From Phoronis australis (lineage: Eukaryota; Animalia; Phoronida), in assembly GCA_002633005.1 (NCBI GenBank), contig NMRA01000269.1:217083-281082 (forward strand): DNA of 64,000 nt, read 5' to 3'. Numbering within the stretch: the stretch's first letter is position 1; every line of letters starts with the position of its first letter. Under the pieces are notes generated by a model. The model did not search any database. It worked only from the letters and a program-made list of their open reading frames with translations, and was not told the DNA's origin. This document shows positions 13,441 through 27,192 of the stretch, one piece after another. A program made the position numbers and the translations under genes.

Positions 13441-13601
13441 CTAAAATAGTGCACTTCCTATTGTGGACTTCATCTCAGAACTGTTGAATGCCGACGCTGA
13501 ATTTGAGAGCACACTCGAGTAGGGTCCGGGTAAAGAGGGTGCTGAGGACAATGAACCAGTCGACTTGGTTGTACTTTCGTTTGTTGATTGCACCTTATTG
13601 C
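13441..13601 (-). CDS. PHOX2: Phox2 exon 4 (C-terminus)
   Basis: ttttttcag|GC, in frame SNKVQST...GPYSSVLS...[13 protein letters not shown]; resembles PHOX2 C-terminal P.SSVLSS...F motif. Confidence 0.85.
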
Positions 13602-16600
13602 CTGAAAAAAGCAAACCCTCATTTGCAGTGTACATATAATTGATTATATTCACACGACGTCTTCTACTATGAAAGGTAAAACACTGATTGGAAAGAGAAT
13701 CCCTGCGAGTAAGACGCGACTGCCAAGTACACAAATTCAACATCTACCAACGACGCCGTACTTGCGGTTTAGTGAAAACGCACATCACTTACCTAGGACT
13801 CTTTAAGATTTATAATATTAGTAATAGTAAAAGGAACAGTAATAATAATAATTAAAATTATTAATATTTGTCACAATTGTTATTATTATGTTAATAATAG
13901 TAACAATAGTAATAATGATAATTATAGTTGTTGTTATCATTATCATTGTTATTATTATTATTGTTATTTTGTTATATAATCATATATGGCAGCAATGACA
14001 ATAGCAATAATCTTAATAAAAATTAATTATTATTATAGTAATAATGAAAACACTAGTAACAGTAATAATAGTAACAACAGCAGTAATAATAGCAATAATA
14101 ACAATAACAATAATAATAATGATGATAATGATAATAATAATAACAGTAATAATAGTAATAGTAATAATAATAATGACGGCGCGACACGATATCGTGGTAA
14201 AATTTCCAAAGGTTAAAATATAATTCAAAAACGTGTATTGTCTAGAACTTACTAGTGTTTTCTTTGGCAGGTTTTGATTCCTTCATACTCTCTGTTTTCA
14301 CCGAGGAGTTACTGTTGTTACTGCTTTGTGGTGTTTGAGTTTTGGCTCTTTCAACCTTCCTGAACTTTGCACGTCGGTTTTGAAACCACACCTGGAATCA
14401 GAACAATAGAATCCTACAGCTATCATTACGTCAAGCGGCGTGTACTCTCGCAGACAATTCATAACAAAAGTGTAAATCTTGTATACGCTCCATAACAGCG
14501 ACCTCATTTTAGAGGCATTATGGATAGGGTAAGTTTTCTACAATACCGAAAACAGGCTATGCGGAAATAAAAACTTCCGCCAAGATAGTGCAACGAGTAA
14601 TAATACCTTTCACGGATTTTAGCCGTTTCTGTTGTAGTCAATATCCATCTTTATAACTTCAATAAATTCCAAAAAGTGTGACTTCATCTAAGATAACTCC
14701 ATCATGTATTTTTCATCCTAAAAGTTCTTCCAGGTTAGCCAATGCCTCCCCTTCTTGTTACCAAGGTTACATCTACTACATAGCCTTTGTGTTTATCTTG
14801 GCATTACGTTCAAGTATTCTCCATAAGATTTGCATATATTCTGCGGCGAAGTCGTTCTAATTACGCACACAAAGTCTACAAGAACGTCGCCCATAGCACG
14901 TGCAACTACTGTCTCTACCAAGTGAGAAAGGAAAGGGGCATTTCTACTCAAGTTTAATGAATGAAAAATATTATGGAGCTGGTAGTTATGAAAATTTCTT
15001 AATGCTATTCATAAATAACTTGAAGCTGAGATTAAATTAGTGAAACCTCTAGGGGTTTGCTCACTTGGTACCAATGAAAATCGATACAATTTAGCAATGC
15101 AAGGAACTTAAACTCTGTATTTGGTAATGGGCAATTTTGGAAGATCGTGAACAAATATCTTAGACATCTCTCTTCTCAATCTCAAAACCAGATAAAACTG
15201 TTGATTAAAAACGACTAGTGACTTTAAAGCTAAAAATCATAGCATCGTACTTAATGTTTGTACCAAAGATCCATGTAATTATATTTTTTGAACTTTGAAT
15301 CACGTAATGACGGGTGCTCGTGTATGTTAATGAGCTGTCATTATTGTTGATTCTGCTGCAAAGATAATATTTCTAATAATTATTTTGTAATCAGAACTGA
15401 ACTTCCAAGATATACAGTCTCCCGTTATCTTGTGAGCACTAAGTTTTATTACATGTTGATTTCGCTGCGCTGATAATTTCTACTCGACGCGCTTCTTAGT
15501 TCCGCGGTGAATTCTATTCTTTTCCCGATTCGTCAACAAGCGCTCTAACAACTAGTTTTCTTCACCGATGTCTAAACTATAAAAATGTGCAGCGCTTCCA
15601 CAGTTGGTTTACCTCGTAAATTTAAATGATCCACCCAATAAAACTCCAATAAATGCATGTGCTTGTAACATAATAGACCAAGTGTAATAAATCCAAATTA
15701 ATGTTTCAATGACCCGCCCTAAAACAAAATATGGTCTTCCATTCCTTTCTGTGTAAAAAATAACCATAAGTTATGGTTCCTAGGTCCAATGTGCATATCC
15801 ATAAATACTAATAAAAGACAGGACATAAAAGAGAATAAAAAGTTAGCGGGAGCATAAAGCATACAAAGTCGATGCTCTGACAGATGGTACGACCGATATA
15901 CCTCGTGGTCATTTTTACTCCAATTCAGGAGCCCACTCCTTTAATTACTCCGTAATTGTTAAACATAAGCGAGAGTAACTCGTTCGACAAAAGACAGAAC
16001 CAATTAGAGCTCTATCAACAAGACATTTTGCTGTAAAATATGCTCGATTTTGTTATTAATGGCTCGAAAGATTTTTTATTAAGAAAGTTCGTTTTGGACA
16101 CCTCCCATTTTCTGACAAATGTCTTGCTTTACAAATTTTCGGTATGGCTGGTTGAGCTGTTAAGCAATACGCGACTAGCGTGTCACGCGATAACACGTTA
16201 CTGATTACATGCCAGTGTTATTTGCATACATATACATGTTAACAGGGGCTCTATTCATGAATTGGAATGTATCATTTTAATAATAAAATCCAATTAGCAT
16301 TACTGTAATTGAACTATTGATACTTTTAAGTCCAACTAAAGTGTAAGTTGTTCTTGTAAATGATTCAGCGTTGCAGCGAAGGCCCAATCAGTGTTCTCGC
16401 GAGACTACACGGGCATTCATTCGTGAAATGTTCTTCGCGCCCTAGTCTTCTGGTATGGTATTCACGAAGGACTAATCTCGCGAAACTGACCAGACAGTAT
16501 ACACGTGACAACTCCGCTGCAAGCAATATCACCTACGCAATCATTACTCGTGAAATGGAATTCAAGGTTTTTGCTGTCATCCTTCGTTGCGTGAAAGCTC

Positions 16601-19600
16601 ATTTTCTGTTGCATGTGCCCTAAGATTATGTTACAAATTATCCTTTTAAATGCTATTCAAATCCCCTCATCACTTCCACGTATCTGCCTAATAACGTCTC
16701 GATTTTCTAGTCAAATGAGTTCCGATTGACATGTAAACATGGCAAAACATTGGAGCGTAGTCTTTCCAAATGCTTACAATTTTTAAATTCCCGAAAAGAT
16801 TGTGTGTCAGTTGTTTGTGTTTTTTTTCACAGGATTCAGTCTGAAACGCCCAAGCAATGACAACTAAACCATGTAGAGTTTCAAAACCTAACACCTTGCT
16901 TGCAACTGGGTACATAAGTAGTGGAGACAAAAAGCGATGTTTTATGTGCAGTAGGAATAAACGACATTTTCAGATGCAGTCCGATGCCAGCAAAGTTATA
17001 CAGCCCACAGTCTCATACTCAGCATGTATATATATATACATTATATATAGTACCTACTCGCAGATCTGTCTTCAATTTGTACCTGAAGACGATATTTGAA
17101 ACATGTCGAAACGTCGTATTGTCGTAACGCAGATCCTCAATTTTCCTTTTCTGTATAGCCATACTCTAACCATTTATGGAAGCTAATATTCCAAACGTGT
17201 TTGGCAAGGGGTTAAGGGAATACGTGTATCATTCGTGTTTGTATTCAGTACTTAACCCAGAGAACTATTTCCTTAAAATAACGAAATGGTTTCTCAAATC
17301 ATTTTCCGAAGCGTCGCTGTTAGAAAAAAAATTACCTGAACCCTGGCTTCTGTAAGATCTATTTTCATGGCTATTTCTTCTCGCGTGTAAATATCTGGAT
17401 AATGCGTCTCGGAAAAAGCTCTCTCGAGTTCTTTGAGTTGCGCACTGGTGAATGTAGTTCTGATGCGCCGTTGCTTTCGCTTCTCGGGGTTAATAGACGG
17501 ATCATGATGATGGGTGGCGTGGGGATACATTTTATAGGGTAGTCCTGAAATAACACATTTATATTGTTTAACACAGGAAATCTTTCCATTATCTATCCAG
17601 AATGCCCAAGGTGTATACTATGATTGGCCTAAATTGACGCAGGCGTTAACAGTTATAATATGCACTGAAAAGGAAATCATAAGTGTATCATTTATGAGAA
17701 GTATAAATTGCCTGATGCTGTTCTATCAAAAGGATTTAAAATCTATTTTTCTATTAATCAATTCGTTTGATCTAATTGGTTAATTAATTGACTAAATGAA
17801 TAATAACTAAAGAACAAAAATAACGTATACTTATCATGTGCCTTTATTCACTTAAAAATCCCTGAGGTAAACAGACGCACGTGCAAGTCACGTGGAGACA
17901 AAGTGTCGGCACGTGGCTTTCACCTCAGGTGAGTTTGACATGCGTCGGCAACGTTCCGATACTCTGAGTGATCCGATAATGGCTACCCTTTTGAGGTATT
18001 AATTCCATGGATTTTTGGATGATAATTGTGATAAATTACAAAGTTCAATAATGAAAACCGACGCAAGAACGGAACCAAGCGATTTTTGCAACAACCAGCC
18101 TGTAAGTTTACATTTGAATTTGAACTCGGGTTATCAAGATTCGTCCAAGTAAGAGGGCTAGTAGACTCGCCTGTTATGACTGCCACGTTTACATTCAGTT
18201 TGCAAGAGTCCGTTGGTACTAGTGAGCACGCGTTTGTTGCCGCGAACACGACGACACTTTAATATTCAAGTACGTATCTGCATAAATTTTCATTTGATGG
18301 AGTTAAACGTTGCATATCGATGAGAAAAATCAAAAACTAAAGTTGGTTTGACTTTGTCCCTTACAACGGAAAATGACATCGGGTAGGAGCTGTCTATTTT
18401 CTATCTCAAAAATCATAATCTAACAAAATGATGCTAAATAACTCCAGACTATTTACAGAAATGTCTGTCGGCTGCATGCAGTTTTTATCCAGCGGATTCA
18501 ACAGCGATAATGATTTAAATGTACAAGTGACGTAGCTAATGTCTGTAAATGATGTTCGTTGCACAAAGTGAAACGATCGAGGTCATAAAACGCCTGCTGA
18601 GTCTCACAGATGTCTTATAATGACTATGAAAAATTCATTGCTCATTTTGTTTTATGATTTCATGAAAGCAAAACAACTGTTTTAACGAGCGACCATCAAT
18701 CTCGGTCTATCTGTCGGAAAGATTGCAGGGAGTGCGGCTAGGCGAAGATGATGGTATCTTATTTAATTAAACTTAAAATTAGCATAATAAAACCTGATAA
18801 GTACAAAACATTTATAACAATCCGATAAAAGGATAATGATCACTTTTTTAGAAAAATTAATGAGCTACAATGTTTTGGTGTATCAATTTTCACGACGTAG
18901 ATAATTTATCGTGTCGGTTCTGTTCAACTGCACCCGGATGCAGCCTTAACAAAGAATCTTTGCAGAAAATTTGCTTCTTCATATTTTTAGCAAAATTTAG
19001 TTATTAGTATCTTTTTTCGCGATGTGCCCCTAAGCCAAGATATCAGTCATGTTTATCGTATCGGGAACTGAAACAAATACGCATCTAGATTGCCGACAAC
19101 TATTTGTACGCGGGCCCTAAAGACGCTTAGAATTTCTTTTAATTGTTCAACACTGCCCACTTCATTTAAATATCACTCGAAACCTATTATCAAAAATTCA
19201 AAGTGCTCTTAAAATGCACAGTATCTCTCCTGATGTCAGAGAGCTGAAATCGGATACAAAAGTGAACATATTGGGTACATAAACTCGGAGCGCCCATTAC
19301 GATAAATGCAGTCCGCCCGGGGTAGCCGTGTATTGTTTATCAAACGCATTGACCATATGCGCGCTTAATCGAGACGATTTGAGGGCTTTTATCCTCGTTT
19401 CATCCAACACCTTCGTCCTTCAAATTACGGTTTATCTTCACACTAAACCGCGTGTACCCATATGTGATGAACAGAGTTTAACAATAGCCGCTTTTTATTG
19501 TCTTTCTCTGACAGGCTCATAATTTCTGATTTCTTGTCGCGGGCAAAGGCTTAATCGTAGCATTTGGAACTTTGTCGAAGCAGTTTGCTTGTCATTTCAT

Positions 19601-21883
19601 GAAACAATTTGCTGTCGCAGCAATTTGACCTATTTTACTAACTTACTCTAGTTTGATATCATTATGCACCCATACAACCAATCGCCACAAATAATAGTGT
19701 AGTGCATATTTTACATGGAATTAGCAGCGTGTCTGTACACTTATAAGGAATTTTCTGTTGACACAAGATTTTATGCTTCAAGAAAATTGTAGTTTGATTA
19801 AGGCTGAGAAACTTCAAAACGATTTCCTTGAAATGTTTGCTTAGATATTTTGTACTTTCTATGTATTAAAAGTGTGTTATGTGGGGCTTCGCCTGTTCCT
19901 CGTAATAATTTAAACCTATCTCCGTGCTAACTAACAAGTTCTCAAAATGGATAGATTAGAAATCATAAACATTTCAGTATCAACACACGGAATATACCTG
20001 TCTTATTAATTAACCTGATTTCTATTAAGCCTTAAAATTATTTTGATAAGATCGCCTTCAATATTTACTGTCATTTTATTTACCCTAAATTTGAACATCA
20101 TCGAATAAAAGAAAAAACTAGTCGCATTCTCTTACAGCCAAATTATAGGGATCGCCAACATGAGAACAAATTATGAGAGCAACTTTTTTGTTGAAAAATG
20201 CAATGCGAGGCGTTAGGCTAGTGCTAGAAGACGTGAAGGGATTGACATCGAATTTTGCGACAGGATATAGCGAAACAAACTGGTGTCTCTTTCATTACAT
20301 CGTCAAGAAGAAAAAGGTATAACACGTTCCTGAAACTTAACAATAGAACGATAATTTGACGAGAATAAGTGAATTGTTGCATCGTTCCGTTGAGGGTTGT
20401 AGATATAAAAATCAAAATTCACACTTCGATGAACATTCTGTCATTGTGTGTACAGAAAATGATGAATAAATACTTGAAAAATAAATCTATAAACTTTTAA
20501 CTAAATCTCCAGTTCTTAGGAATTCAAACCGAAAAACTAAACGCAAATGGCTTAACACTAAAACTTGTCACCTGAATATCATGAAATAACCAATTCAGTG
20601 CTCTCACAGAACAGTATAAGCTGTACAGAAGAACTATACTTCTTGAATGTTTATGAAAATCTATGAAAGACAAAAATGATAACGAGTGTGTAAGCTTCAT
20701 TATTTTCAACCAAGCAAAGACAAGGAACAAGGAACATATATCATTTAAATTCTTAATTTTACCAGGTCGTTTTAACGCCATCAGAATTAAAACTTAACTT
20801 TATTATTGAAACGATGTGTGTGTGAACCATAGAAAAAAGACACAGTACTTAGAAATGTGTGGTAAAAATTAAGAATGTTGCATTTTTAAATCCATAACAA
20901 AAGCCAACTCGAAGGCATAACGCAAATTATCCAAGGAAGTCGACGATGTGCAGATGTGTGTCTGTTTTATGTCAATATGCTAAAACCGGAATGACTAATG
21001 AATGATCTAACCAGAAAATAAATAAAAATCTCCCTTAAAAACAAGTATTCAGTTCTACAAAGCGCACTGTAAACAGTAGTACAAAAGAACTATATGTCAC
21101 AGCTAGGAATTTTGTAAACCCTCGTTTGTATACCGTCTTATTACATCTTGGCAGATCGTGTTATGTAATTCAATTAATTTGTCAATTTCACAAATAAACA
21201 AAGATAAAATACATGTACGTAAAGTAATAGCAAAAAGATGCTTGGTGCACATTAATGTCAGTAATGAAATGAAACAGGGAACAGACACGCTAGAAAATTA
21301 AATTTCCAACGGATAACTATCGGATAATTGTGTAGTAAACGATAGGAGGCGAAATGATTTACACGAACGTTGATTCAATTGTTTTAAGTTTTCTCAACTT
21401 TATTGAGTTTATCCTCCGTTATCATATATTTCCAGTCGACTAAGAAATTATCTAAAACGAAGCTGAATCATTTAGTAATCCAATTTTGAATATCTAATGG
21501 CTATATGCTCGACAGTATTAACTTGGTTACGGACCGGGTTAAAGTGATTTCACCCTAGGAAATTTCATTTACTTGTTAATGAAACAAAACCGCTCACAAA
21601 GTCACTTACCGGCAGTGAAGACGGACGCCTGGTGTCCGTGTGGGTCACGTCGGGGGTGCAGCATGGTCATGTTGCCCGGGGGTGGCAGGGCCGGACCGGC
21701 TCCGGTGAAACTACGGACTGGATTATATCTGTAAGCCTGTGACATGGAAACTTGTCCGCATGGGCCAAGATCACTGTATCCCGTACACGGAATACTGCAG
21801 CTCGCCAAAGAACCCACCCCGTCCATTCCACCGAGTGCACAACTGTCGAAAGCCGTCGTTTGATTCAGGTAAGAATAATCCAT
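13441..21883 (-). CDS. PHOX2: Paired-like homeobox protein Phox2 (260 aa); exons 21883-21610, 17544-17336, 14391-14253, 13601-13441
   Basis: N-terminus MDYSYLN (PHOX2A/B signature), YNP and LPYK motifs, homeodomain [50 protein letters not shown]|[13 protein letters not shown]-terminus ...IGSALF*; phases 1,0,1 consistent. Confidence 0.96.
13810..14175. repeat. Degenerate (AAT/TTA)n low-complexity tract in Phox2 intron 3
   Basis: Runs of aat/aac/agt and tta/ttg triplets. Confidence 0.9.
14253..14391 (-). CDS. PHOX2: Phox2 exon 3 (helix 3 WFQNRR)
   Basis: ttccag|GTG TGG TTT CAA AAC CGA CGT GCA AAG TTC AGG AAG; donor A|gtaagt. Confidence 0.95.
17336..17544 (-). CDS. PHOX2: Phox2 exon 2 (homeodomain helices 1-2 and start of helix 3)
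   Basis: tttcag|GA CTA CCC TAT AAA; ends EARVQ|gtaatt at the canonical PRD-class intron position. Confidence 0.96.
21610..21883 (-). CDS. PHOX2: Phox2 exon 1
   Basis: ATG at 21883, [15 protein letters not shown]...ASVFTA, donor G|gtaagt. Confidence 0.93.
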
Positions 21884-22486
21884 TTTTGTAAAAAAATAAA
21901 GTCAAAGAAGCGAAAGCAAATGTTCACAAAACAACGACAGGAAATTACAAAAGAATTACTGAGACAAAGACGCGAATTTTACGATTTTTTCACAATGTTT
22001 CCCAAAACTAAGATTTGATTGTAGATAAGCGAACGCATAAATGAGTTTCCTGTATCGCCGGAGATGTTTAAGTTCACGGAATATTTCGGACAGTCCAACT
22101 GAAGCTCTCGATACTAATTCGATTACAATCCTTGACAATTATACACTTCAGTTGATTACGGTTTCGTGGCGTTTACTTCGAGTTGATCACAAAGAACGAA
22201 CGCGAAAGGGGATCGCGAAATGTCAGAATCTGAGAGATGGGATATGATTGGTCGAATGCTGCTAATTATGATTAGCTTCTTGTTGTTTTCCTGAAATTGA
22301 TTTTACATTGCAACACTGACTATCGAATCAAGTGGAAAGCTTGAAGCGCTCAAGGCTTTCAGAGGCTATTGTTGTTGATCGGCGGGTTGATTGTGGATAG
22401 TTAGCAGACGTTTCGTTGTTTAAGTCCTTAATTTTTTTAAAAGTCGCGGTAATTTTCAGCTCCCACTGTGACAAACAAATTTTGCT

Positions 22487-23395
22487 ACCAAAAATAAGGC
22501 AGGTAAACGTAGTCCAGAAAAAAATATTACTCGTCTGCGCATGTATGCTGCGGGTGTGTGTAAACAGGTTAGTAATAAAGCCACCAAACCACGCTGATAT
22601 TACGTATTCTAACGCAGTTGCAACAAACTTAGTTCAAGAAAACTTGAATAAAATTGGGAAAATATTTGATTAAATTGTACTAGTAAGACAGATAATAACG
22701 ATTTCTTAATGGAATATTATAATTGAAAAATGAATACAAATTGATTGGAGTGATGAGATAAGCAAATGATGATTTAGCAGGGTGATATCAAAAATGTGTT
22801 ATATCAGAACACAGTTAAAAACAAGTCCACGTTTGAAATATGCCTTTCGTTTCGTTTTAAACCAAAATGTGTTATACATCGACACGTGTTTTGATAAACC
22901 ACGTGGGATCGATTTGCTTACAGCTCGTTTAAGTATACATNACCAAAAATAAGGCAGGTAAACGTAGTCCAGTAAAAAATATTAATTGTCTGCGCATGTA
23001 TGCTGCGGGTGTGTGTAAACAGGTTAGTAATAAAGCCACCAAGCCACGCTGATATTACGTATTCTAACGCAGTTGCAACGAGCTTAGTTCAAGAAAACTT
23101 GAATAAAATTGGGAAAATATTTGATTAAATTGTACTAGTAAGACAGATAATAACGATTTCTTAATGGAATATTATAATTGAAAAATGAATACAAATTGAT
23201 TGGAGTGATGAGATAAGCAAATGATGATTTAGCAGGGTGATATCAAAAATGTGTTATATCAGAACACAGTTAAAAACAAGTCCACGTTTGAAATATGCCT
23301 TTCGTTTCGTTTTAAACCAAAATGTGTTATACATCGACACGTGTTTTGATAAACCACGTGGGATCGATTTGCTTACAGCTCGTTTAAGTATACAT
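22487..23395. other. Assembly join: 454-bp duplication (22487-22940 / 22942-23395) around a single N
   Basis: Near-identical direct copies abutting N at 22941. Confidence 0.9.
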
Positions 23396-26300
23396 GGTAA
23401 ATTTACATCGTTATTTTTCCATATTTCATTTTGAAATATTCAACACGAGGCTCATTTCATGTCAACAGGGCAGACGATTATAGCCACCATTTTTAAAGGG
23501 ATCTTAACTCAACTGTGTGGATTTCGGCCAACACTGATTTGGAAAGACTACGCTTTCTGAGTGGCTTCATGAGGAAGGTAAAAACATTTTACCCTCTTAC
23601 CACAGGACTATACAGTAGACATTATCAAAATTGTAACAATAATTCGCTATGTCAAAACACATACAATATTCGTCGATTGAGGAAACTTTTTGCGGGAATA
23701 TGTCCGCTACATAAAATGTTGATGGCTTTTGATGATCAATGATTATCGTTTGGTGTCTGGAGGTGCTGTGCACAAAATGTAGTAAATCTTAGCCGGTTGC
23801 TTAAGCTTGAGATCAAAAATTAAGCCTGTCAAACGAAACCTGAATATTTCTTAACCATGATAACGTTGGTTTTAACTTTCCGTTGGGCTTGAAATATGGC
23901 CACCACCGGTCAAATTTTGCACCCCCCCCTCCTAAGATTTGCAAAGTCATTTTTGTCTAGTAAATTCTCTGGATGTTGCTTGCGGTAATGGAAATGACAA
24001 CTTAGTATAGTATGAAAATTTCCGAGGCCTATTTTTTGGTATAAGTGGTCTTGTTTAGATTTTGTTTCATCCGATAGCTAGCAGAAATATGTAGTTTCAA
24101 GAAATAATCATGCCTGAGGAGGACGATTAATTTGTAAATCATGGTCTACCATTTAAAATGCTGTAGGCCTTAGAGACGAAAATCGTTTTTTAAAAAATGT
24201 AAAGAAATTTCAGCAGTTCACTATTTGTAACCAAAACTGCCTATATCTATTACACCGCTAGGATTAAAAATTAAAATATAGTTAGGGAGACGGGCAACCA
24301 GTTCCTTCAATCAGTCCTGAGTAACCCAACATACTCAGTGGCGGTGATTCAAAATAGCATGTAAAGAAGACAAATGATTGAAACGTTTGTTTATATTTTC
24401 CAGCTCGCCCTCTCCATTTTCCAGTAAAAAACGACATTTTCATAGCCGTGTCTTGCTCCTCGATGCTGGCAACATGCCTCCTCAGCCGATTATCTGAATT
24501 CAATGATCGTCTATAACACGAGCCGCTCATAAAATACAAGAATGGGGTTTTATTATCTCCCATGGGGTTAACCGGAAGATTAAGCTTACATACTGCCAAG
24601 ACTGGTCGACGTATTAATACGCCAGATTTTCACGCTGTTGTGCTCCGTCGTTAGTGAAGTTTGTGTCAACGCGACGTGATCGTTTTTTCATTACCCTATT
24701 ACAAGGCATGCAGATGAACAGACAATCGCCTGCATTAACGTGATTAAAAAGGCACTAATTTAATTTTAGTTGATTAATTTTGGTTAACATAATTACAAGT
24801 ACAAAGTTGGTCCTAATCAGTTCTGACGAAAGATTAAATCTTTCTAATAACAACAAACTGACTGCCTAACAAAAAGTCTCCAAAAACGACTTCCCTTGCT
24901 TTCAAATAATAGCCAGGAGATTTTGCGTAATCGCCAAAGGATTATTGGTGTTCGGACTAGGGATTTTAAGTTTGGAAACGCTAAGGTGTTTCCGTTTTAG
25001 AACGAGTAAAAGAAATTCGAATGAAATATACAAAACTATAACCAATCATTTATTTAAACTAATTTGTGTCTTTTCTAAACCGAAGTCAATCAAGTATACC
25101 AGCGAGTACATCCCAACAGGTTGTGTTTCATGTTTACTGATGTATTTATACTTGCTAATCAAAATTCCTCAACTCTTAAATTGTATAGTGTCAATCACGA
25201 TACCTCTACATCTCTGCACGTGTTTCGTCAATCACAGTCTTATTAATCTGATTTACCAAACTTCTATATGCCAATTGATAGCTAAAGTACAAACCAAGAA
25301 ATGGACACCAAATTGCAGACACGTGCAAGCAAGTTAATTACTACCGTGTTAGTTCATTTAATGTTTTTCTATTGTAGTATATCGGGTTAGGATAAAGTAA
25401 TTCTTTACAATTACGTTAAACTGTCAATCAGGGCAAGATTTGCGCAGAATGAATACACGTGATCCGGGGCAGGTGACGCAGGGAGAGAATTATGGAGAAG
25501 GCAAAAGGAACTGTAAATTAACAAAAGGTAAAGAGGGGCGTCTAGATGCATATTGGTATAATTCGTTTTGCAAACTGGTATATTGAACACGATATTGCGT
25601 AAAGCAAATCTACGAGGATTTTGTTGCATCAAAATCATTTACATTATTGATAAACGAACGGTTTTGCAAGTAACGCTGTCGTTTTGTTTTATACGCTAAA
25701 GAACCCGAGCAAGTGGGCACGTTGGCTCGACTATATGATGAGAAAAACGCTCGGCTGCAGATCAAAACGATTTACTCCGTCTTACCGTTTAGTTTATGTC
25801 ATTGTGTCATTTTCGGCATCAGAAATTGCTTGCAACATAACATTGCCACTGTTGTTGAAAGTTGACAATTTTTGAGCCGAGGATTTCACAAAAAACTGTT
25901 AACCCGAGCTTTGATTCGCCACTATGAGTTTGCTCTGATTTTCAAAAATGAACAGTCAGCAATCCGAGCTAAACTTGTGACACCTTCAAGAGTAAGGAAA
26001 TAATACACAGTGAAAACTCTGCTGATGACGTCGTGCCCATGAGGCCAGTGACATCACCAACAGTTTATAGTAGGCAACATACTCTAAACAGTCTGTTTAT
26101 GTCACTGTTTTTAACTTTTATTTTGATGGTGCAATTTGTCCTAGAAAATTAAGGTACATTCAGTAGATTGTCACGTGATACAACGTATTATAACTTTCAG
26201 TTTTGACTGTGTCCTCAAACACTCCTGTAAACAGTTGTATTTATAATTATGTCCATGTGCAGGCTGTGTAAAAGTCGAATTGAATTTGCTTTACGCTAAC

Positions 26301-26719
26301 TGGTGGGAGTCACGGATTCTAATCTGATTTGGGGATACCCTCAACTTCACAGTGATCTCGTTAGCCGGTCTAAGAGATGTCACAAATTCATTAATGATTG
26401 TACACCGCCTTAGATGAACCACTTTGCAAACAGATTACGAACCATGAACGGATAACGTAGTTAAGTTTCTTCAATAATTTTCATTAGAATCCCTTGCTGT
26501 TTGACGCCCACTTCTTGCCGAGTTGAAGACCGAAGTTTTGCACAACATACATTGTTGCGGTAAACATGTTTGTAAATGTTTTGTATTGTTTCTTCGTATT
26601 TCTATAGCCACCATGTAGATCATTTTTCATTTTCTCGTAGGTTGTCCATGACGACGCAGTGCAGTTAACATCCTTGATCATTCAACATGCTTTCAAATCT
26701 TCTAAATGCTCTCCTCCGA

Positions 26720-27192
26720 TATCTTCCTTTCGACAGCAAAAGTATATATTTTCTGAAAGTAGAAATTCCGTAGAATTTAATTTTTGACTTTGCACCAATT
26801 TGCCATTGATTAGGTCACGTGACTGCGATCTTGGTAAAGTTTAGTAAAACAGAGAGCTACATTCACAGCAAAACAACAGGATCGATAGCTTGAGCAAATT
26901 TCGTATGATATTAATGTTCATGATAAAACCTCAAAAATTCGGTTACAGTTTTCCAATTTATCGTTTCATTTTAGTTTCCTACAACTTTAAAGTTTGAAAA
27001 ACATTGTGTCCTATTTTGATAGCCACTCATGGAAAAGTGAAACATTTTAGAAAGAATGTTCCTATAGTATTTCCGAGAACAGTAAATAAAGCACAGCGCA
27101 TGAAGGTTTCGTATGAATCCGATCAGCCATTTCTGAGATATGGCGTTGCGATGTTGACCGAAATTGGACATGTTTCTAAGGTCCTCCATAAC
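26720..27192 (+). repeat. Dispersed repeat family (copies about 26720-27192, 36270-36480 partial, 45555-46012, 54300-54748)
   Basis: Shared blocks gaaagtagaaa...gaatt..attt.tga...gtcac.tga and aaatt.g.a.at.tt.....gg..cct.cataac. Confidence 0.6.

Noticed and set aside
13986-14228. Poly-Asn / poly-Ile ORFs
   Set aside because: Translations of an intronic AAT microsatellite.
22487-23395. Tandem duplicated Phox2 promoter element
   Set aside because: Copies abut a single N, typical of overlapping contig ends.
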